From: an uncultured Gemmatimonadales bacterium
GTDB taxonomy: Bacteria; Gemmatimonadota; Gemmatimonadetes; Gemmatimonadales; Gemmatimonadaceae
Direction of reading: 5' to 3'
DNA: 64,000 nt
Assembly: GCA_963701965.1 (NCBI GenBank)
Contig: OY969695.1
Coordinates: 640,001-704,000 of the forward strand
This document shows positions 58,462 to 64,000 of this stretch, in pieces. The position numbers were made by a program, and so were the translations under genes. The notes below the pieces were generated by a model. That model was not told the DNA's origin. It worked only from the letters and a program-made list of their open reading frames with translations, and did no database searches. Within the stretch, counting starts at the first letter, position 1; each line of letters begins with the position of its first letter.

Positions 58462-58820
58462 TTCTTTTTCCTCCCTTTCTGGGGCGGCATGGGCGGTAGG
58501 GTCTCAGGGGGCATGTTCTTCATCTTCTCCAAGTGTCTTTCCAGCGCATCGACGTGCTTGGACCAGAAGCGTCGGAAAGGATCGAGCCAGGCGTCGAGCT
58601 CCATGAGCGGCTCCGGTCTCAGTCGATAGAGCCGCCGTTGGGCTTCAATGCGTGATTCCACGAACCCGGCATCCCGCAGCACGCGGAGGTGCTTGGAGAC
58701 GGACGGCTGCGGCAATCGCAGCTCGCGCTCGATCTCGCCCACGGAACGCTCGGACGCGAGCAGCAGGCTCAGGATGGCCCGTCGATTGGGCTCGGCGACA
58801 ATGGCAAACGATGATTCCAC
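58458..58820 (-). CDS. ArsR-family transcriptional regulator
   Basis: AEPNRR.IL.LL, QPSVSKHLRVLR.AG.V and QRRLY.L; GTG start at 58820. Confidence 0.9.
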   Translation of the reverse strand: MESSFAIVAEPNRRAILSLLLASERSVGEIERELRLPQPSVSKHLRVLRDAGFVESRIEAQRRLYRLRPEPLMELDAWLDPFRRFWSKHVDALERHLEKMKNMPPETLPPMPPQKGRKKK

Positions 58821-58856
58821 GCCGGATATATAACCCTGCGTACATATTCCTGTCAA
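58821..58856 (-). promoter_or_regulatory. Leaderless sigma70-type promoter of the ArsR-SRPBCC-DUF1801 operon
   Basis: TTGACA at 58856-58851 and an AT-rich TTATATAT box ending about 5-6 nt before the GTG. Confidence 0.55.
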
Positions 58857-58877
58857 GCCATGTGCGACCCGATGTTT

Positions 58878-59363
58878 TTACGGCGCGAGATGCACCAGCG
58901 CTTGGCCGTGCTCGAGGTCGGCTGGGACTGACGCGTGATCGTGCACGACGAGCCACACGCCGTCGATACGCCGGAAGCACGCGGTCCAACGCAACCACAG
59001 GTCGGCGACGCGACCGCTCGCCACCCTGCCCTGCACATGGTTGAGGCTATGCACGAAGGCCAACTCGCCGAGCGCGGTGACGGCCATGTCGTGGACATCA
59101 TAGGTCATCGGACCCGTATACGTCGCGAAGGCGTCTTGCCACGCTCGCCGCTTGTTGTCGGCCCCGGCGTATCGCAGCGGCGGAACGATATCGCATGACA
59201 CGATGGTGGGCGCATAGAGGGACATCACCCGGTCGATATCCTTGGCGCGAATCGCCTGCGCCCAATCCTCGACGCGCTGCCGAACGAGCGCTTCATCCAC
59301 GGCGTCCTCCGCTAGATCGAATCGTGCTCCGTGTTGGCGTGGACGGGGATCGAGCTCGGTCAT
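58878..59363 (-). CDS. YybH/SnoaL-like NTF2-family protein
   Basis: AIRAKD.D..M..YA, D..PPL and R.T.CFR..DG.W.VVH.HASVP. Confidence 0.85.
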   Translation of the reverse strand: MTELDPRPRQHGARFDLAEDAVDEALVRQRVEDWAQAIRAKDIDRVMSLYAPTIVSCDIVPPLRYAGADNKRRAWQDAFATYTGPMTYDVHDMAVTALGELAFVHSLNHVQGRVASGRVADLWLRWTACFRRIDGVWLVVHDHASVPADLEHGQALVHLAP

Positions 59364-59429
59364 CTCCGTGAATGTGCGATCCCGCAGATAGGCGCCCACG
59401 CCCGACAGCCCCTCGGCGTGCGTCCGCGC

Positions 59430-59586
59430 ATGGAGCGTGCCGTCCAGAATGCTGCGTGGTGTGATAGTGGCGCCCCCGGTTCGCCCACGCTCGCGCCAGC
59501 CTCTCGTATTCCGAGTCGGCCGTCGCAACGCCCAATGCATGGCATAGCTGCCGCCAACGACCGATCGAGGTCAGTTCCGGCGGCAT
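59430..59586 (-). pseudogene. N-terminal remnant of a predicted HD-superfamily phosphohydrolase
   Basis: RW..LC..LG......Y..L..AW....RHYHT.QH matches the N-terminus of that family; the downstream HD motif is absent. Confidence 0.5.
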
Positions 59587-59595
59587 CGGCGCCGC

Positions 59596-60633
59596 CTACC
59601 GCTGCTTCCACCGAAAGACCACGTACCCCACCCGACGCAACTTGGGAATGGATCCACGCCAGACCGAGTCGAGCTGCGTCTCCAGCGCCGGGTTGAAAAC
59701 GTATTCCAACGTTTGCTGGACCGCTGGGCGATCGGCAAAGCGTCCGCGCACAACGGCCAGCTCCGTGAGGAATGCTTGCTCCCAGCGTGCATCATCGGCC
59801 GGCGACTGCGTGCCCGGTCTCTTGTGCGTCATCACCGATAGCTCGGCGAGCAGCGCCATATGCGCATCGTAGTCGGTCGAGTCGATGGCGATCGCCGCTC
59901 GAAATTGCTCCGCGGCTGCCTCGGTCTTGTACTCCTCGGAGAGACATCGTCCCAGAACATAGTGGCCGACGAATCGCTCGTCCGGCCTCGCCGCGGCCGG
60001 CACATTGCTCATCGCGGGCGTCAACACGGCGATGCACCGATCGACGGACGGCTTGTCTATGCTGTTCTCGCGCTTCCGGTATGCCCGAATACCGTCACGC
60101 AACCGCGCGAAGAAAGCCGGGGCTGCGCTGGAGGGCCACCCGGCCGTGTCGTAACGCCCGTCGAGCATCACTGCCGTCGGATATCCACGAGCCGGATCGT
60201 ATCCAAAGACGACGTTGTCGATCTCCCCGACCGTCGACACCACATCGGGCTGGTTCAGCAGGATCCCGAGATACTGACCACCAACGGAATCGTACGCGAT
60301 GATGCGGACCCACATGAGCTCGGGCCGCTTCCCGGCCGCCGAGTCGGGGTTGAGGAACAGAACCTGGACGTCGTCTTTGTATCCCGGCGCGAACCGGCCG
60401 CCGAGCCGCGGATCGGCGCGCCACGGCGCCGGCTGCCCCGTATACCACTCCCACAGCATGACATGCACACGCCACGGGGGCACACTCGCCGGTAGGGCAT
60501 GCGCCGCGCCGACCGCGAGTGCCACACCACTGGCCCAACAGAGCGCCCGCGCGACTACTCTGGAACAACGTGCCAAGCCATCCCCCTCGTTTCTGTTGAA
60601 ACCGCGATGGCGACGTGCCGAGCTCGCCCGCAC
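59596..60633 (-). CDS. Hypothetical secreted protein (DUF2314-like segment plus TPR); start uncertain
   Basis: E.MWV.I......Y.G.LLNQP segment; TPR-like YVLG.......AA.QFRAAI.ID. Confidence 0.55.
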   Translation of the reverse strand: MRASSARRHRGFNRNEGDGLARCSRVVARALCWASGVALAVGAAHALPASVPPWRVHVMLWEWYTGQPAPWRADPRLGGRFAPGYKDDVQVLFLNPDSAAGKRPELMWVRIIAYDSVGGQYLGILLNQPDVVSTVGEIDNVVFGYDPARGYPTAVMLDGRYDTAGWPSSAAPAFFARLRDGIRAYRKRENSIDKPSVDRCIAVLTPAMSNVPAAARPDERFVGHYVLGRCLSEEYKTEAAAEQFRAAIAIDSTDYDAHMALLAELSVMTHKRPGTQSPADDARWEQAFLTELAVVRGRFADRPAVQQTLEYVFNPALETQLDSVWRGSIPKLRRVGYVVFRWKQR

Positions 60634-60707
60634 TTCGCCACCATGATCGGCGCCAGACGGGACTCACAACAGGTCCGAGGACAAAAAAGCCGCGGTGCCA
60701 CCGCCGC

Positions 60708-63377
60708 TCAGAGTGAGCGCAGCGCGGTGAGCGGATCCACTCCGGTTGCTCGCCGGGCCGGGATGGCGCTCGCGAGTGCGGCCACGAGGAGGAACAACGC
60801 CGCCGCGCCGCCGAACGTGCCCACATCATGCGGCGTCACGCCAAAAAGAAGGCTCGACAGCACACGCGTGAGCATGGCGGCGATCCCTAGACCAATGACC
60901 ACGCCGACCCCGGCGAACGACACGGCTTCCCGCACCACGACCCAGCAAATGCTCCGCGCGTCGGCGCCAAGTGCCATGCGGATACCAAACTCCTGCGAGC
61001 GCTGGGCGACGGTATATGAGATGACGCCATAGATCCCGATCGTCGCCAGGATCACGGCCGTCACGCCGAGCGCGAGCATGAGAAACATTACGAACCGCGA
61101 GGGCGCCGTCGACACGTCGATGATGGCGTCCATCGTCGTGATGGTGGCCAGAGGAAGTAGCGGGTCGACGCCGGCGACAGCGTGCCGCATGGCCGGTGCC
61201 AGAGACGGAGCCGGGATCGCGCTCCGGATGACAATGGCCATCCGGCCGTCGATCGCTTGGGCGTACGGGATATACATCTCGTCCGTCACCCCTTGATCAA
61301 GCCCGCTGGCGTGAATGTCTCCAGTCACGCCAATGACCTGCCTCCAGTCCGGCGCCTCGGATGACCCGACGCAGGCGATTCGGCCGCCGATCGGGTCGGC
61401 CGCGCCAAAGAGGCGGCGCGCCAGCGCGCGGTTGATCATCACGACCGGCACGCTCCCGGGAACGTCGACGTTGCTGAATCCCCGTCCCCGCACGAGTGGG
61501 ATGCCCATCGTCGCGAAATACTCGGCCGACGCGCTCCGCACGTTGGCACCAATGGTGCTCTCGCTCGACGATCCACTGGCCGCCGTGGCGACACGGCAAT
61601 CCGTGCCCGCCGAGGCAATTGGCAACTTTGACGTGAGCGCGACCGACCGCACGCCGGGAATGGCGGCAAGGGACCGTTGGATGTCCCGCCAGGCAGAGGC
61701 GATCGCCGTGTCGGACGCGTACCGAGCGCGCGGCAACACGACAGCGGTGGTGATGAGATTGTCCGGCGCGAACCCCGGCGCCACCCGCTGAATGCGGATC
61801 GCACTCTGCACCAGCAGTCCCGCGCCCACGACCAGCGTCAACGCCAGCGTCACTTCGACGACGATCAGCGCCGCGCCTATCCTTTCGCGCGGCCCCTGCC
61901 CCGTTTGGCGGCCGGACGCGCGAAGCGACGCCTGCAGGTCGACGCGCGTCGCCCGGAGCGCCGGCGCGAGTCCGAAAGCCAGACTGCAGGCCACGGCGAG
62001 GCCCGCACTGAACAGGAGGACAGGGGCATTGATCGACGCCTCGCTCAGTCGCGGCACCCCCAGCATGCTCGCGGTGGTGAGAAATCGGATGCCCCCGGCG
62101 GCGACGGCCAGCCCCGACACCGCACTCGCGACGGCGAGCACGGCGCTCTCCGTCAGGAGCTGGGCGACAATGCGCCGCCGTCCGGCGCCGAGCGCGCCCC
62201 GTACGGCCAGCTCCTGATGGCGCATGGCCGACCGCGCCAGCAAGAGGTTGGTGACGTTCCCACAGGCGATGAGCAGCACCAACCCCACCGCCGTCGCGAT
62301 GATGAGCAGGAGGGGCCGGACCCGCCCAACGACGTATTCCCCCAACGGGACCGCGACAATGCCTCCGTCGAAGTTCGAATGCGGATACTGGCGCGCCAGC
62401 TGCGCTTCGATGCCCGCCAGTTCCGCGAGCGCGGCCTGGGGCGCGACGCCCTGCTTCACCAACCCGACGACGGACAACTCGTGATCGGAATGTTCCTCGA
62501 GCGCGGATGGCGAAGGCGCGAGTGGCACCCAGACCATCGGGCCCCGCTGCGTCAGATTGTACTCCGGGGCCGCGACGCCAATGACCGCATACGACGTGTC
62601 GCTCAGCGTGACGCTCTGACCGACGATCCCGCGATCGCCACCAAACGCCGACTGCCACAAGCCATACGACAGGACGACCACGCGCGGCGCGCCCGCGCGA
62701 TCCTCGTCCGCGTGAAAATATCGGCCGATCACCGGCGGGATGTATTCCGCGCGCCAGTACCCCTCCGACACCCGATAGGCCCAGAGGGGTTGCGGATCGC
62801 CGTGACCGGTGAGCGTGAGGTTGGCGTAGTCCACCCCTCCGATGGCCTCGAAGCTCCGCGCCCGCTGAATCCAGGTGGCGAAATTACCGAACGTGGCGAA
62901 CATGCCTTGGGTATCCTGCGGCCCATTGCGCTCGCGCAGGCTGTATACCCGGTCCGCATTGGCGTATGGCAGCGGGCGCAGAATCACACTGTAGACGACA
63001 CTGAAGATGGCGGTGTTGGCGCCGATGCCGAGCGCCAGCGTCAGGATCGCGGGGGCTGTGAAGCCTGGGTTCCGTATGAGCTGCCGCACGGCGTACGCGA
63101 CGTTTTGTCGCAACGTGTCCATCCACGCCGACCGGCGCATCGTCGCCTCACGGTGTCGCGTGATATCGCGCAGCGTCTCCGCAATGCGCCGGGGATCCCC
63201 AAACCGTGCGCGGGCTTCCCGCTCGGCCACGTCGCGCGGCATGCCCGCGGCTTGAAACTCGTTGATGCGGGCATCGAGATGATGCCGCAGCTCGTCGTCA
63301 ATGTCGGCGACCGGGTTGCGGCGCCAGAAGCGGAGATAGCGCCGCCACTTCGCTTCGACGGCATCAGGCCCGCTCAA
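60708..63377 (-). CDS. ADOP-type duplicated ABC permease (MacB/FtsX domains)
   Basis: D.EL.HH...A..RFG prefix domain; PGF....LTLALGIGANTAIFS, LLIACGNV.NLLLAR, E.AVR.ALGA and EFGIRMALGA. Confidence 0.93.
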   Translation of the reverse strand: MSGPDAVEAKWRRYLRFWRRNPVADIDDELRHHLDARINEFQAAGMPRDVAEREARARFGDPRRIAETLRDITRHREATMRRSAWMDTLRQNVAYAVRQLIRNPGFTAPAILTLALGIGANTAIFSVVYSVILRPLPYANADRVYSLRERNGPQDTQGMFATFGNFATWIQRARSFEAIGGVDYANLTLTGHGDPQPLWAYRVSEGYWRAEYIPPVIGRYFHADEDRAGAPRVVVLSYGLWQSAFGGDRGIVGQSVTLSDTSYAVIGVAAPEYNLTQRGPMVWVPLAPSPSALEEHSDHELSVVGLVKQGVAPQAALAELAGIEAQLARQYPHSNFDGGIVAVPLGEYVVGRVRPLLLIIATAVGLVLLIACGNVTNLLLARSAMRHQELAVRGALGAGRRRIVAQLLTESAVLAVASAVSGLAVAAGGIRFLTTASMLGVPRLSEASINAPVLLFSAGLAVACSLAFGLAPALRATRVDLQASLRASGRQTGQGPRERIGAALIVVEVTLALTLVVGAGLLVQSAIRIQRVAPGFAPDNLITTAVVLPRARYASDTAIASAWRDIQRSLAAIPGVRSVALTSKLPIASAGTDCRVATAASGSSSESTIGANVRSASAEYFATMGIPLVRGRGFSNVDVPGSVPVVMINRALARRLFGAADPIGGRIACVGSSEAPDWRQVIGVTGDIHASGLDQGVTDEMYIPYAQAIDGRMAIVIRSAIPAPSLAPAMRHAVAGVDPLLPLATITTMDAIIDVSTAPSRFVMFLMLALGVTAVILATIGIYGVISYTVAQRSQEFGIRMALGADARSICWVVVREAVSFAGVGVVIGLGIAAMLTRVLSSLLFGVTPHDVGTFGGAAALFLLVAALASAIPARRATGVDPLTALRSL

Positions 63378-63718
63378 GCGGGTTGCTCCGTGGCACTCAT
63401 GATCTTGCCGAGCGCGGCGGCGAACGCGGACATGTTATGTGACTGCGTCGTCAGCTGGCGACGGCCGGCGGCGGTGAGCCGATAGTACTTGGCGCGCCGA
63501 TTGTTCTCGCTCAGGCCCCACTCGGCGGTGACCCACCCGCGATCCTCCATCCGGTAGAGCGCCGGATAGAGGGAGCCTTCTTCGATGCGAAGCGCATCGT
63601 TCGTGACATCCTGCACCCAGCGAGCGATCGCGTACCCGTGCATGGGTTTCCAACTCAACGTCTTGAGCACGATGACGTCGAGCGTGCCCTGCAACAGCGG
63701 GGTGGTCGGACCGGCCAC
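63374..63718 (-). CDS. PadR-family regulator (ADOP-associated)
   Basis: LQGTLD..VL, MHGY.I, EEGSLYPAL.R.E and SENNRRAKYY.LT. Confidence 0.93.
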   Translation of the reverse strand: MAGPTTPLLQGTLDVIVLKTLSWKPMHGYAIARWVQDVTNDALRIEEGSLYPALYRMEDRGWVTAEWGLSENNRRAKYYRLTAAGRRQLTTQSHNMSAFAAALGKIMSATEQPA

Positions 63719-63722
63719 GGCT

Positions 63723-63781
63723 GTCTCCCCCTAGGTTTTCTAAGGGAGACGGTAGCGACTCTCCCTTAGGACTTCAAGGGG
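63723..63781. promoter_or_regulatory. Two palindromic operator-like sites upstream of padR
   Basis: GTCTCCCCCTAGGTTTTCTAAGGGAGAC (63723-63750) and TCCCTTAGGACTTCAAGGGA (63762-63781). Confidence 0.65.
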
Positions 63782-63800
63782 ACGCGTGGCGCCCCTGGCG

Positions 63801-64000
63801 TCACGCCGGGAGATTCGGGGTGATGATGGCCTTCGTGACACGCTGCTGGGCGACGGCGTCGAGCGCCTCGCCGGCCTGATCGAGGCGATAGCGGCCCCCG
63901 ATCATCTCGCGCCACGGCACGCGCGTGCCGAAGTGCGCGGTGAGCGCGACGGCGCGGTGAAAGTGCGAGTAGTCCGACCCCCAGCACCCCCGGATCTCGA
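63801..64000 (-). CDS. C-terminus of a probable zinc-binding alcohol dehydrogenase (MDR family; partial)
   Basis: GSDYSHFHRAV...WREMIGGRYRLDQAGEALDAVAQQRVTKAIITP followed by TGA at 63801-63803; typical MDR C-terminal pattern. Confidence 0.55.
   Translation of the reverse strand, partial: EIRGCWGSDYSHFHRAVALTAHFGTRVPWREMIGGRYRLDQAGEALDAVAQQRVTKAIITPNLPA

Overview
High-GC bacterial genomic window. The gene repertoire (SusC/SusD-like pair, carboxypeptidase-regulatory/plug-domain protein, PadR + ADOP permease, DUF885, BNR-repeat hydrolase, LVIVD + DUF305) suggests a Gemmatimonadota-like soil organism; this taxonomy is an inference. About 60 densely packed CDSs are present, and I found no rRNA, tRNA, CRISPR, integrase or transposase. 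Recognisable genes include a lanthanide-type methanol dehydrogenase (xoxF, D-Y-D motif), fabH, fbaB, a glutaminyl cyclase, a LytS/LytTR two-component system, two amicyanin-like cupredoxins, a multicopper oxidase, a PHM-like copper monooxygenase and a TMEM175 channel. Strongest non-obvious signals: (1) an unannotated 39-aa secreted/lipo-peptide gene with an ECF-like promoter, convergent on a stand-alone TPR protein across a duplicated 68-bp hairpin unit, which is a candidate peptide-receptor signalling system; (2) a 9-bp direct repeat (GTTCRCCCC-like) at exact 21-bp spacing upstream of four different genes, a candidate LytTR regulon; (3) a small Tat-lipoprotein coupled to a signal-less amidase; (4) widespread Gln at +1 after signal peptides together with a glutaminyl cyclase. 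About ten single-base frameshifts, mostly between 17.5 and 30 kb and often in a CATTC/GAATG context, look like systematic sequencing errors rather than true pseudogenes.
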